Assembly (NCBI RefSeq): GCF_009914755.1
Contig: NC_060926.1
Strand: one strand, 5' to 3'
Length of the DNA stretch: 64,000 nt
Origin: the human T2T-CHM13v2.0 reference genome, Homo sapiens
The notes under the pieces are model-generated. The model was given only the letters and a program-made list of their open reading frames with translations, did not search any database and had not been told where the DNA came from. Positions 26,501 to 40,649 of the stretch are shown piece by piece. Position numbers and translations under genes: made by a program. Numbering within the stretch: the stretch's first letter is position 1; each line of letters starts with the position of its first letter.

Positions 26501-28104
26501 GCTTCTGACTTCTGGGTCCAATTCAAGTGTATATCTCTGTGATGACCCTCTTGCTTCTGGTTCTGACTCTCACAAAGAAACAGCTAAGTGGGACGTGGAG
26601 CCTCACTTGGTGCTTGTAGCCCTGGTGAAGTAAGGCCTGGGCCACTTTTTTGGCTTTGCTCAGGTCTCTGCAGCCCTAATTTATCTGATGCAAGTTGGGG
26701 CTAGATAAGAGGACACAAAGTCGAAGTTCTGAGTATTTGAATTCAGAACTTTCAAACATGACTGAAATACCTTGTCTTTAACCCCACAATTTGTCTTTAA
26801 CAGAATATGTTTAACACCAAGAAAGACAAGCAGCCTCAACGAGTGCCTGGCCGAGACACTGACATTCCCATTTTCCCCTGGTCTGGAAATACCTGGACCC
26901 ATGACCCTTGGATAAAGCCCCGTGGCAAGAGACAGGCAGGGTGGGAGGATAGGCATTTATTGTAAAGCGAGCCCAGGGGTCGGTGGAAGTAGGGAATGGG
27001 AGGGGGTACCCGCAGACCAGCAAGAAGCCTCTACCATCGAGGAGGCCACAGGAGGGTCTGTGTTAGGGAGAGTGGGGATGTTCGTGGGAAATCTGGAATT
27101 TGATTTCCCTAACATTATCCATGGCTGCAGATCCTTGGTGAGGTGTCTAGTTCCCCTGGGATGCACTTGTCCCGGATGAAGCCTGCTGGACTAGCGAACT
27201 ACTGTGCTGGAGTCTGGATTGAGGATGAAGTTGGGGAATGGGCACCAGTCAATGTCCCCGCTGGTCCTGGGTGTCCTGGGCTGTGGCCTGCTGACTCAGC
27301 TCTGGCCGGCCTGGGAAGCCCTTGGATCCCTTCATCCACTTGAGAAGCTTCCACACAGCCTGGAGGATGGTGGGGGAGCTCCAGGCTGATCTGGCTAATT
27401 CTTCCCTGGTAACCAAAAAATGCACTTTGTCTTTTTAGGCAAAGCTTCTGACTCTTCTATTTTCTTGGGAAATGGCCTAGCAAACCATTAACATTTGATC
27501 AATTCAAACCATCATGCCATATATGATAAATATATACAATTTATATTTATCAATTAAAGATTTTAATCATGTATATTCATATTTGATATTAGAAAAGTCT
27601 ATTGCATTTCAGTTCTGAGTTGAAGAATATGGAAATAAGTTGAAATAAGTAAAAGAAGGGGGATTATTCAGCAATTGTAAAATCAAAAACAAAAAAACCC
27701 CAAACCATTTGATTGAAACTTTGCCAATGTCGTGCGAGGGTAGAGTGGATCTCACCAAATACATACTGCGGAACCGCTTGCGTTTCCTTCCTCTGAGAGC
27801 GAGACTTTCTATCATATTTGGGAAACTGCTGGTATGCAGTAATCTGTTCTGAACCTTCCTGAATCAGCTCATCAATTAATTGCTTAGCTTTCTAGGCTAG
27901 GTAAAACCCGAGCAATCTGTTCCTAAATCTCAGCTTTGCAGAGTCACACAGGGGAAGAGGGGAAACTCTTTTGATGTGTCTCCTCCCCGTCTTCTCCATT
28001 TTAGCCATTTTTGGGTAGTTTGGGTCACAGAGAGCTCATAAAGCTGTATTGTTTAAACACTTTGCTCGGTTTGAATGGCATGAAGTGCTCATTATCCAAT
28101 TTAA

Positions 28105-28479
<375 letters not shown>

Positions 28480-28489
28480 TTCAGGTTTA

Positions 28490-28635
28490 TTTTTAATAGA
28501 AATTAAAGCAACATGTCACATGGCAATGATTGGCTGGGCTAAGTAGTGGCTGTCTTCTTTAGATGGTGGCATTAGCTCTCTAGTTTGCCATAGAACTCAT
28601 GTCACCCTTGAGTTTTCCTGTGCATTCCCTGTAGG
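28490..28635. mobile_element. MER102-like hAT element fragment
   Basis: cacatggcaatgattggctgggctaagtagtggctgtc...tttagatgg...ctctctagtttgcca. Confidence 0.6.
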
Positions 28636-28891
28636 AATTTGGTTTTGTGACCTCTAGATGAAGGCTTATGGAGGCAGTTTATTAATTTCCCCAGTAAACA
28701 TTAATTGAACACCGAAGATGGCTAGCCATCCTTGCAAAAATCCCTGTCCACATAGAGCTTAATTCTAATGTGGAAAGACAGACAATAAATAAGCAAATTA
28801 TACAATATGTTAGAAGTTGATCTATTGAGAAAATAAAGCAGAGAAGAAGATAGCAAGTGTGCATAGGGGGCAATTTTAAAATAGGAAGGGC

Positions 28892-29211
<320 letters not shown>

Positions 29212-30388
29212 TCAAGATTTGGAAGAGGTGAAGGAACTGTCATGCAGTTATGGGAAGAGCATTCCAGAGGGAACAGCAAGTGCTAAGACCGTGAGGCAGT
29301 GGGAAGTTAGGGCAGTAGGGCAGCTGTAGAAAGAGTGATGGCTGGGGTGACAGATGCTGCTGTGTGCTCTAGATGAGCCAGTAGCCCACTCTGAGCCTCA
29401 CCTTCTTCATATGAAAACATGGGCTTGAGCAAGGAGATTTCCAAGTTTCTATTCAGCTCTGACATTTGGTGATGGTAGGGCAAAGCCCTTCTCTTAGGGA
29501 AAGCGGGAAGCTGTTTGCCAATGGGAATGTGCTTATGGAATTAGTCTTTTATTATTTCTCTTAGAATAGAATCTGAAAAAGTTGGCTTTGGCTTTGGACT
29601 CCTCTAATAAGGGAGAGAAGGGCCAGGCTAGAGTTTGGCAGCTGAAACGCACACACACGTGCTCTCTGAGGGCTGAATTTCCGATGTACCTGGGGCACAG
29701 ATGGGTCAGAAATGAATGGAATCAGCAGAGGCGATTGCTATCATTTTTTATTACTGTTCAGTGTTTGATTTCTGCTGTAGCCCTGGCAGATGACAACAGA
29801 TTGTTGGGCATGAACAAGAGAAGATTATTTTCTATCTGATCATTCTTTGTGTGTATTTGGGGTGACCGAAGGTTTTTAATATTGAAAAGTCAAACAGCCT
29901 GGACCATTTCACCCACCATCAGCTTAGCCTATTATTTACAGTCCCATTCCTTTAACTTTCCAGTTCTTGGAAAAAAAAAATCAACTATCGACTGTTTGGA
30001 CAGATAATGTGGGAAGATGAAAGTGGGAGATAAATACACATCTTCCATTACTCTTAGATCTCTTCTGGAGTCTTCGGTTGACACACAGTCTCCTATTTGT
30101 GCCTTATGTGGGTGTCCCATGAGAAAGGTCCATGGATATGGCAAGTATTCTTTAACCATGTCATGCCAAGGATTTGGGCATAGCAAGGGACTAAGTGCCT
30201 GGAAGAAATATTTCAGCATCTGGGGAGTTCTTTAAAATACACAGATAATTACTTCGAGATTTCTATAATTTAACTGCAAGTGTTAAAAATATATTTCCGA
30301 GGATTGATTGGGTGCTAAGCCAGTGTTTACATCTGGGAGGTAGGTCAGGGACAGGGGGCGGTGACAAGGAAGAAAGGGACATTAAGAC

Positions 30389-30830
30389 TGTGACTGGTCT
30401 GGGATTTTACCCCACTTGCCAGCCGACAAGTTAACCTGCCACAGTTTCATGGATGCTGGTGGACTCCTGGGTCAGAGACAAATAACTTTACTATATTCCA
30501 CATTAGCAGTAACCAGAATATCAACATTTGTATCAGGGCAATGTGGAGAAGGCCAGGTAATGCCTGTGTGTGCAGTGAGTTGTGTTACAGAGGTACCCTG
30601 AGTTCAGGGAATCCAAATCTTTTCTAACAGGGAATAAGCATGGCTGGGCTTAACTCCAGAGGCAGATGCCATCTTTATGACGTGGGCAATAAACAACCTT
30701 GCTCTTTGCTCTGGAGGGAGGCACAATTTCTGTCTTCCAAGGCTGCTCTCTATACAAACATCCTGGGAAAGATAGTCTCCAGCAAAGGCAGTCAGACACA
30801 TGGAGAATTGTCTTCCAAGAGGGACTTAGA
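30389..30830. mobile_element. ERVL-class LTR (MER77/MER68-like)
   Basis: gattttaccccacttgc...caagttaacctgccacagtttcatggatgctgg...actcctgggtcagagaca. Confidence 0.6.
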
Positions 30831-31404
30831 AATATTTTGGCCATAAAGATGAAATTAACTCCCTCCCCGCCAGCTCCCTTAGGTGAGTTTACCCCTTGGG
30901 TCACAGTAGCTTTTTCTCTTTAACTTCCAAGGAAATCCAAGGAGACACATTTCTATCTGAACTCAAGGCACAAGTCAAACCCTTCCTGGGGTCAAAGGCT
31001 GAGAAGAATTGTGAAAGCTCTGTCCACTTCATGACCTGTATATCCCTTTTACTTTGCTGCTCATTGCAAGGTAGTTGAACATTCCGACTATTAGAAATGC
31101 TAATTTTACATCATCTTTAACCTCGAAGGGACTGCAGGTTGTTGCCTGGGTCAGTCCTTGACTGAGACAGACTTTACATTTTGGGCAACTAAGGTTTGGA
31201 AGAATTAAGTGTCGTCTTCAAAGTCATTCAATAAAGACCTAGTGGAACGATGATTCCAAGTGAGGTCCACGGAAATGGAAAATTTCCTGTCATTTTCCTC
31301 AAAACCAGAGTTTTGACTAGGGAATCTTTTTAGACAGGATCGACCAAGAAAGGTTGAGGGGAAACTAAGATGAAAGATGGGTGATGGTCCTCAGAATACC
31401 TTTC

Positions 31405-32155
31405 CTTAGCAGTTGTCCAGAAAGCAGTGTGTGAAAGAGATTGCCAGTTGCCTACCCAGTATCCATGCTCTCTTGTTTTTTTAGGATAAGATCCCTGTAT
31501 ATTTGAGTATGGCAATTCTTCCAACTTTTATTTAGTTTTTAATTTTAAAATTTCTAATTTTAAAGATTTTAATTTGTTTTTAATTGAAAAATAAAAATTG
31601 CATATATTTATCATGTAGAATGGGTTTTGAAATACGTGTCCATCATGGAATGGCTAAATCAAGCTAATTAACATATGTATTGTCTCACATACTTATCTTT
31701 TTGTGGTGAGAACATTTAAAATCTCTTTGAATTTTTCAAGATGCCCTGCTTAAAAAAACAAACATATTTGTTAGCTTTCCTTGAGGTTGGGGTGGTCAAT
31801 GAGGTGTGAGTGGAAGTCACTTCCAGCAAAATTCCTTCAAGGGGATTCACCTGGCTGGCAGGAGACCCATTCCTTTCCCCGTCTCCCTTCTCCCTGCCTG
31901 GAACATGGCTAGGATAACAAGTCCCAGTGACAGTCCTGGGATGGTGAGGAGACCTCATGGATGGAATCTGAGTGGAAGATGGTGGAGCAGAAAGTGAGAA
32001 GAAGCCTGGGTCATCGCTAACACCATAGGGCACCACGCCAGCCCTGGACAATGCACTTTTGGATTTCTTCTGTGTGAGCGAAAAATGATGCCTCCTTTTT
32101 TTTTTTGCCACTGTATTTTTGGGTAGCAGGTGAATGTTAATTTTTAACAGATAGT
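31405..32155. mobile_element. LTR16/LTR33-like LTR with a nested L1MA 3' end (~31575-31725, minus)
   Basis: LTR part: ctgcctggaacatgg...agaagcctgggtc...ccagccctgga. L1 part: tggaatggctaaatcaagctaattaacatatg...gtggtgagaaca. Confidence 0.65.
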
Positions 32156-32196
32156 GGGTGCTTACTGATACCTAACTGTGATCCCTGAATGTTCAT

Positions 32197-32670
32197 TGTA
32201 TCCAGTCGAGTTTCTTAGTTGCAAGTAACAGAAAGTTTTAACCTTTAGCAAAAAAAGGACTAATGAACTTTTTAAGAAGGTTTACAGGGTCAAATAATGG
32301 AAGTGATGGCTGAGGAACTTGGAGCAGGTGGGCACCAGATTGTTCCAGAACATCTTATAGTGGGCTCTGCTCATTGTTCTCTCCAGGGCTCCACAGGAAT
32401 CAATGGATCCTAATTTCTTGTCTGTCCTTGTGTCACTGTCAAGATTCAACATCTCAGGGAAGCGAGTATTCTATTGGCTGAGCCAAGGTCACAGGACTGC
32501 CCTGTATCAAGCTGGCGAGAGGAAGGACAGAGCAGAAGGAGCCTCATGGAGCCCCTCCAGCTTCCACTCTGGGAGGGCAGGCACGTGGTTTTATTGTCCC
32601 ACGAAGACTGCACACAGTGAGGGCCAAGGTGATTCCCTACAAGGAAATCAGAGCATGGTTGGGAAGTGAC
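32197..32670. mobile_element. Old MLT1 (MaLR) LTR
   Basis: tgtatccagtc...ttagttgcaagtaacagaaa...ctattggctgagccaaggtcac. Confidence 0.6.
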
Positions 32671-33498
32671 ACTACTGAGTGCCTCCCACCATTAAACAGG
32701 ATTCAGTATAGCAGATTTGGCGCTTTCTGTGATGAGGTGAATTGGTCAGGATAAAAGGCAAAGATTGTTACATGAAGGCTTCAGGGATGAGCAGTTTCTT
32801 ACAGACCTGATAATAGCAGTGCCTTTGAGGAGGGCAAATGCTTCATGCGAAATAATTCTTTTAATCTTCTCCAGTTGATGTAGATGTAAGTGATATTTCA
32901 TGGTAAAAATACTAACACATCTATTTCCTCAGTTGCCTCTTTTTCTTCCTTTAACTGGCTGCAGTTTCTAATTCACACTCATGAACCTGTCTTCAACAAT
33001 TACAGGTCTTCATGGATCTCCCTAAGTAGGGGCAAATAGTCTTGTTCCTCTGTGTTGGGAAACCAGGGCTCCAGAAAGATCAAGGGCTGTCCCCAGGGCC
33101 ACAGGGTATGAGGGTGGGGTGGGGAGGTAAAAGCGAATTACAGAGTCTGTGGCTAAGGTGGCTGTAGGTCGTCAGTTAAGTGCTGGCTGCTGAGGAGAGC
33201 GGGCCTCAGTGTGAAGAGGCTCATGAGTAGAGAAATGAATATGATTGTCTAGCCTCAGAAAGTCTAGGTTGTCGTGAAATATTAGTGAAATATGTCAAGG
33301 AATGCAAAAACTTGGAAACTTAGACTCTTAGGGTCCCCACCAGACCTCAGTTTCTTGTTGCAGCCATGTCTCAAATGCATCACTGGGGATGGGTATTGAC
33401 AGGAAAGCAAAGGCTGAAGTCTCTACCCTGCTGAAAATGCTCCACTGGCTTCCCAGAGACAGCAGAATAAAACCCAGTCTCCTCATTCTGGCCAATAT

Positions 33499-33790
33499 CT
33501 TTTTTATTTTTTTGAGAGGGAGTCTCGCTCTGTTACCCAGGCTGGAGTGCAGTGGCATGATCTTGGTTTACTGCAACCTCTGCCTCTCAGGTTCAAGCGA
33601 TTCTCCTGCCTCAGCCTCCTATCTGGGATTATAGGCACATGCCACCATGCCCTGCTAATTTTTTGAATTTTTAGTAGAGACGGGGTTTCACCATGTTAGC
33701 CAGGATAGTCTCCATCACCTGACCTTGTGATTTGGGAGGCCTTGGCATCCCAAAGTGCTGGGATTACAGGCATGAGCCACGGCACCCGCT
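33499..33790 (-). mobile_element. Alu (AluSc-like) within L2 sequence
   Basis: gagtctcgctctgttacccaggctggagtgcagtggc...ttagccaggatagtctc. Confidence 0.93.
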
Positions 33791-34407
33791 CTAATGAGAT
33801 CTTTCATGACCTGTTGCCTTCCCATGTGCTCTCCTTTTTCCCTCTGACTTCCCTGCTGCTGCAGCCACTTTGGTCTTCTTTCGGTTTCTGCAACCTCTTC
33901 GCGTGTGGTGCCAGGGAATGCTCTGCCCCAGAACCGTTGTTTGGCTGACTCCTCCTTGCCATTCTGGTCTCAGTTGAGACGTTGCCTGCCCTAAGCGGGC
34001 TCTATTGGCTGGCTTCCATTCTAGGCTCCACCATAGGCAGGCTGTGTCATATTCAGCTAGCCCTTAACTGCTCTGTGCCTCATTTTGCTGAGCTGTAAAT
34101 GGGAATCAGGTTAGCCTTGTTATCATATGGTTACTGTGTTCTGGCTTGCTTTTGTTATAGCACTAAACACTCTTTGAAATTATTTTGTTTGCTGATTTGT
34201 TGTCTGTCTCCTCTAGGCTATTAGCAGGTTGAGTAATTGGAACTACATAGAACCCAAAGTTTATTCATTAGGCAGGCAGTGATGGAGCAAAACCTCACAA
34301 ATGCATCCTCATACATCATCTGGACCCTGGATTCCCCACCTGAGTTGTGAAGGAGTGGGCTACACCCGTGGTTCTGTGTATCAGAATCACCCTGGGGCCT
34401 GTTAAAG

Positions 34408-34970
34408 CTAAAGGTACCAAATAGAATTACCAGACAATCCAGCAATCCCGCTTCTAGGTATATATTCAAAAGAATTGAAGCAGGACCTCAAAGAGATATT
34501 TACACATCCACATTCATAGGAAAAAAAAAAAAAGCTGAGAGGCAGAAATAACCCAAGTGTCCATTGACAGATGAATAAACAAACTGTGGTATGTAACACA
34601 GATAACTATTGTTCAACCATAAAAAGGGAGGAAATCCTGTCTCATGCTACAACATGGATAAGCTTTGAGGACATTATGCTAAGTGAAATAAGCCAGTCAC
34701 ATAAAGACAATATCGTATGATTATATGAGGTACCTAGAACAGTCAAATTCATAGAAACAGAAAGTGGAATGGTGGTAACTAGGGGCCTGGAGAAGGTGGA
34801 AGGGGAGGAGTTGTTTAAAATACAGAGTTTCAGTTTTGCAGGAAGAAAAGTATTTTCTTGATGATGTGAATATACTTAACGCTACTGAACTGCATGCTTG
34901 AAAATAGTTAAGATGGTAAATATGTTATTTTTAAAAATTACAATAAAGGTAGATTAAGTTAAAAAAATAA
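34408..34970 (+). mobile_element. L1MB 3' end inserted into a MER5 element (~34367-34407 and ~34971-35078)
   Basis: cagcaatcccgcttctaggtatatattcaaaagaattgaa...gctaagtgaaataagccagtcac...aaaatagttaagatggtaaat. Confidence 0.88.
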
Positions 34971-35078
34971 CGATGCGGCACCTAGATTCTGAGTAAATAG
35001 ATTGGAGTGAGTGGGGCATTGACATTTTCAAAACCTCCCTGGGAGATCCTGACACTGCTTAAAGTTTAAGAAACTCTT

Positions 35079-35398
<320 letters not shown>

Positions 35399-35494
35399 TT
35401 AGTTAACACTAGCGTTAACCGCAAAGTTAAAGGTGAGTCTGGTTTGGATTTGGGGCATTTAAAACTTGCATCACCCCTGACATAAAAAGTCTGA

Positions 35495-35950
35495 ATTATG
35501 CGGAGAAAAAATGCTCCCCAAATCCTCCTCACGAGCTAATTTTGCCGAACGAATCCGCTTCTCACCTGCATTCGCGCCTCTCGCCGCCTTTCTTTCAGGC
35601 GCACAGAGATAAGGTGGGCAGAGGGCACTGGAGCCAGCCCACCGGCGGTTTTACTCCTGGTGTCCACAAGGTGGCAGGCCAGGCACTTGGATTTGCGCAG
35701 CCAAGGGCGTGCGCAGCCCGCGGCCGGAAGCGTCCCGGCAGATCGCAGACGGGGTGTTGAGGGACCCCGCGCTTTTGCTTTCTTATGATTTGGGGGCTGG
35801 TACCTGGGCTAGAGCTGAAGCCGGCAGGTCAGTTTCTTGGGAGCAGGGGTGTGTCTGTTCTCAGAGAAGGGTTTAAGCCGACTCCCACGTACGCCCTGGA
35901 GGCCATAAGAGCATCTCAGAGGCACGCAGGACCTCCAGCGTGTGCACGAG
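35495..35950. promoter_or_regulatory. Small CpG-rich promoter-like element
   Basis: Densest non-repeat CpG cluster in the window. NRF1-like gcgtgcgca at 35707-35715 and ETS ccggaag at 35724-35730. Confidence 0.6.
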
Positions 35951-36829
35951 TGTTCAGGGATCATGTGAACAAGCTGTTCTGTTTTTTTTTGTTGTTGTTT
36001 GTTTGTTGTTGTTTTTGGAGGGCAATGTTTTGGTGATAGTTTTAAATACTAAAAGGTCAAAGGCAGAATAGATGTTTTGTGTGGTTTGAAAACTCCTCAG
36101 TGGAGGGCAGAGGACTCCAGTTAACATGCACTTGCTGTTGGATATTTTATGGGCATTTAAAATATATGGACTTGCTCACCCACTTCAGGCTTTGACCCAG
36201 CAAGGGGATGCAGTCCATAACAGTAAATGAGTCAGCGAGTGGCCTGGTGACACGTTAGGATGAAAAGTGGAGGGGGAATTTTTATATGCTTTTAATATGC
36301 TGTTTGTTCCTACCTCAAGCTAGGACAGTGGTTTCCTGTAGGTACAAAATGCTTGCACGTGGTTTAGGGCTCCTGAAGACACGAGGAGGCAGCCCAAAGA
36401 GCAGAGGCTTGGGGTTAGACGGGCACGGGCTGCACCTCCAGCTCAGCCTCCCACCAGCTGTGGGATTTGAGACTGGTACCTCATCCTGGCTGAACCTGAG
36501 TTCACGCCTCTGTGCGATGGGGATGAGAATCCTGGGGTGGGGTGAGGAGTAAAGGAAATGCAGTTCGTCTGTTCCCTCTTTTAGCACACACAACTTCACC
36601 ACCTGTGTGCCAGGCACAAGAAGGTTCTGAGGATGCTAAGGCAATCAGGCATGGTGATGCCTCCCAGGCAGATATGCTGAGGGGTGTTTTCAGTTCAGCA
36701 AGAGAGACAGGGGTCTGCATGGGGTGCCCCGGGCTGGGGACTGGCAGGGGAGGCAGCAGGACGAAGGCAGGCAGAATTAGCGGGTGTGGATGTTCAGGGA
36801 AGGAGCGGAGAGAAACATAGATCAAGCCA

Positions 36830-37085
36830 AGGTAGCAGATTGGAGACCAGGGGGTTTGGAGTGTACACTATTTGCCATCATAAATAGAATTATTTACCAT
36901 GATTTTAAATAATGGAGAGATTTCTCTTGAAATTCCAGGTCCTCAGCTTCCCTGGAAAAAAATAGACATGGCTACACCGAATCAGTATTTCCACATCAAA
37001 CAATGGTCTGAAACTATGTAGTGGTTGCCTTTCTACAGTGTATAGACTGCAGTCCCCACCACACCCTATTGCACACCCAACTCTA
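36830..37085. mobile_element. MER102-like hAT element
   Basis: cagcttccctggaaaaa...gtagtggttgcc...cagtccccaccacaccctattg. Confidence 0.6.
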
Positions 37086-38199
37086 CCTGCTTCCCTTGTT
37101 GACTTTTAGTCCTTGCTTCTGTGCGGAGCAGCTGCACACAGTGGGTCCTTAATACCTGTTGTTTCCCTTCACTTCTTGAGGGCCCAGATGGCCTCACAGG
37201 TGGCTTAGAAGAATAAAGGAGCCATAGGTGTAGTCAGGATTCCATTTACTGGGTCTTCTCTTTCACTTCAGGGGTCTTTTCACCTTTGCAGTGAACTTCT
37301 GGCCACACAGCTAGGTGTTTGGTGAATGTCAGGGAGGCTTGCTGAAGTTACAGTTTGTAGGGCATTTTTTGTCAGCCATGCTTGGCTCACTTGAGAGAAC
37401 CACATGCAAATCCCTCTCCAAAGCACCATTTCCCCATGAATAATAGAAGACTGTTTTTGGGAGGATGGAGACCCTGTAGTTCTGTAATAATAGCATTTTC
37501 ATGAAGGAAAATCACAGCCTCACCATGAGCACAGCTGAGAACATGGAACCTATTATTGAGACATTCTGGTTAAAATAAAGCATTATCCCATAAGATGGGT
37601 CTGCCTGTGGGAGTCTTTGGAAAACCAGGTGAGAGGGATTTGCAGGTCCTGCTGGAAATGAGTTGGTAAAAAAACATCCTTCCATCCAAGGATGATTAAA
37701 CTCAATCATGAGGCTGCTAGGAAGCCCTGGTCTCACCTTCCTAGTGGGAGGCAAAAGTGGATAATTCACTGTCACAAAAGAAAGAGAGGAGTGAGAATGG
37801 GGTGAGGGTGGTAAAGTAGAAGAGGGAGGGAGGAAAGATTGCTTCATTGTGGAGTCCAGGCTCACTGGAAGTGTCAGGGGGAATAGCTACAATCAAGGGG
37901 TCCTTCTATGGGCTTGAGGGTGGTGCCATTTGTAGAGGACAGTGGGTTGATGTGGTTGTGCCATTGAATGTGGACTGTACCCCGAGTCAGAAACCAAGAG
38001 ATGGGGAGACAGCTGCTGACAGAGGAGGCTGGGACCAAAGGACTTAGAGGGGAGACAAGCGAGCCCTTCATCCTCAGACAACGCGGGAGGCAGGGGCTGC
38101 CCCTTGACCCTCCTCTTATTACTTAACTACCCTTTTGTCCCCGTTACATTAAAAGACATTTTTGTTCTGCAATTTACTGAAACTCAGAAGTATAGAGAA

Positions 38200-38366
38200 T
38201 AGTGTTTCCTGCATATTAGAATCACTTGGGGATCTTTTAAAAATTCCAAAGCAGAGTCGCTTTCCCAGACCATGTAAATCACTGTCTCTGTGGGTGGAAC
38301 ACAGGTATCAGTGTCTTTGACACTCCCTGGCTGGTTTTGATGCACAGACAAATGTAGGAACCACTG
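38200..38366. mobile_element. MER5A within an L1ME fragment (~38160-38640)
   Basis: gcatattagaatcacttgggga...ggaaccactg. Confidence 0.7.
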
Positions 38367-39138
38367 GCATTCCTGCCTGCTCCTATCACTCAGCCTCCCT
38401 CATAACCAACATGTGGCCAGTCTTGCTGATCCCACAGCTTTTGTGTCCTAGATCCCTAATTTTGCCACTGCCCACCCTCCTTCCCAGATTCTTCAGAAAC
38501 AATACTAGGCTTCATGTTATTTCATTCTTACATGCTTCAATATATAAAAACTTTTTAAAAAGTGTAAAACAACATTATCACTCCCCCCTCCACAAAATGA
38601 ACAGTATTCCTTAGGATCATCTAATATTCTGCCTGTGATGCTCAGTTTAGCTTTTGAGACATTTATTCCTCTACTTTATCTTTGATTTTAATTTGATTCT
38701 GAAGGGATAAAGTTTCCCCCTTATTTGGGGGGTAGTGGTGTTGGTGAAAGGGACATACAACTAGCTCACCCCTGATAACCTGTCTCTTTTCCTTAGGGTG
38801 ACTGGGGGTTCCAGTCTCTTCAGGGACAGTCCCGCCCACATTTGTGAGGACAGTCATTCAGGCACAAGGGGCTCGTACAGTCATTCAGCAATCGTTGATT
38901 GGGAGCCTCTATATATTCAGACACTGTGTTAGGTGCCAGGGGATTGAGTCTGTCTTTGTCATCATTCTGTTTAGCACGTTGTAGGGACTCAAGAAGTATT
39001 TAGTTCAGTGATAGAAGTATATGTTTTGTTCCCATAAAAGTATATGTTTTTGTTACCATTATGGTCAGCAGCCAATCCATTGCTGATGTATTGAGTCTGG
39101 GTATGCAATACCACTTTATAAATCACATATGCACAACA

Positions 39139-39193
39139 CTTCTACATCATACCTCTTTACCTCTGGAACTTCTACATTGTACCTCTTTACCTG
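39139..39193. repeat. Two-copy tandem duplication with a 30-bp period
   Basis: acttctacatcatacctctttacct ... acttctacattgtacctctttacct. Confidence 0.9.
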
Positions 39194-39880
39194 AGAATCT
39201 ATGAACATTTTTTCTATTAAGTAATTTTCACGACAACTTCATATGTGGTTCCCAAATGAGGTGAAACAACATGGCAGAGTTAAATTGTAGTAGCAGGGAG
39301 TGGGGGCAGCCTGAATGGTTGAAATGCAAACATGCCGTCTAAGCCTTATTCCAGCCACGAGGCTTCAGCCGCCTCTTTCTATCAAATCCTTTCAAAGGAG
39401 TGCTAACATGCAACAGAAATTGATTGGTATGAAGCTGACCTTCTTTTATTTATTTTACCCAGCTTCTAAGTGTAACACTTACAAACAGAGCAATAAAATG
39501 TCCAGAAGGCAACCAATGTAACCAAAGGAGAAAGTGGGATCTCACTGACCCACATGTTTTTCTTTTAGACTATTTTTTCTGCTTAACACCCTACTATGTT
39601 TATTATTTAACAATTCAAAAAATATGGAAGGAAGAAATGAGGAAATGAAAATCACCCATATGTTACCATTTAGAGATAACGACCATTATCTGCCAGAGAT
39701 AATTGACTGGGTGTATTTCCTTCTAGTCTTTCTTTTTTCCTATGCCTAAATATGGACTGTGTACTCTGATTTAATTAGAGTTAGTGTTATTTAAATATTC
39801 TTAGAACTTTGTGCTTTCATTAGCAATTTTTGTTCCGTTTTCTCCTTCTTTTTCTCATTATAATCTTGTAAAGGATGTAA

Positions 39881-40259
<379 letters not shown>

Positions 40260-40649
40260 AATTCCTCACTTTTAATCCAAAGGTCTTTTATCTTTTCCAC
40301 CCCTCTTCCTGCCTCCACATTTAGACTGTTCCAGAAGGTATCTGACTTAAACCTTCTGGAGATGGGAACAGAAATAGCAGTAGGTCCCACTTCCATAAAT
40401 AATCTTAGGGATTTCCGCACTGACGGTTCATGCCTCTTGTATCCAAGATGAAGCAGATTTAGAGAACACATCTGACTGGACTGTATATTTGCTGGGCAGA
40501 AATGAATACAGCCCATTGCAGTGATTGGTGGTTTGGATTCTCTAAACCATTTTTTCAACAATATAACCAGGATTTGACTTGAGTGGAATTGGAGAGGAAA
40601 AGGAGTTCAGAACTAATATTTTAGCTGGATGGTATGTAAGTCTCAATTC

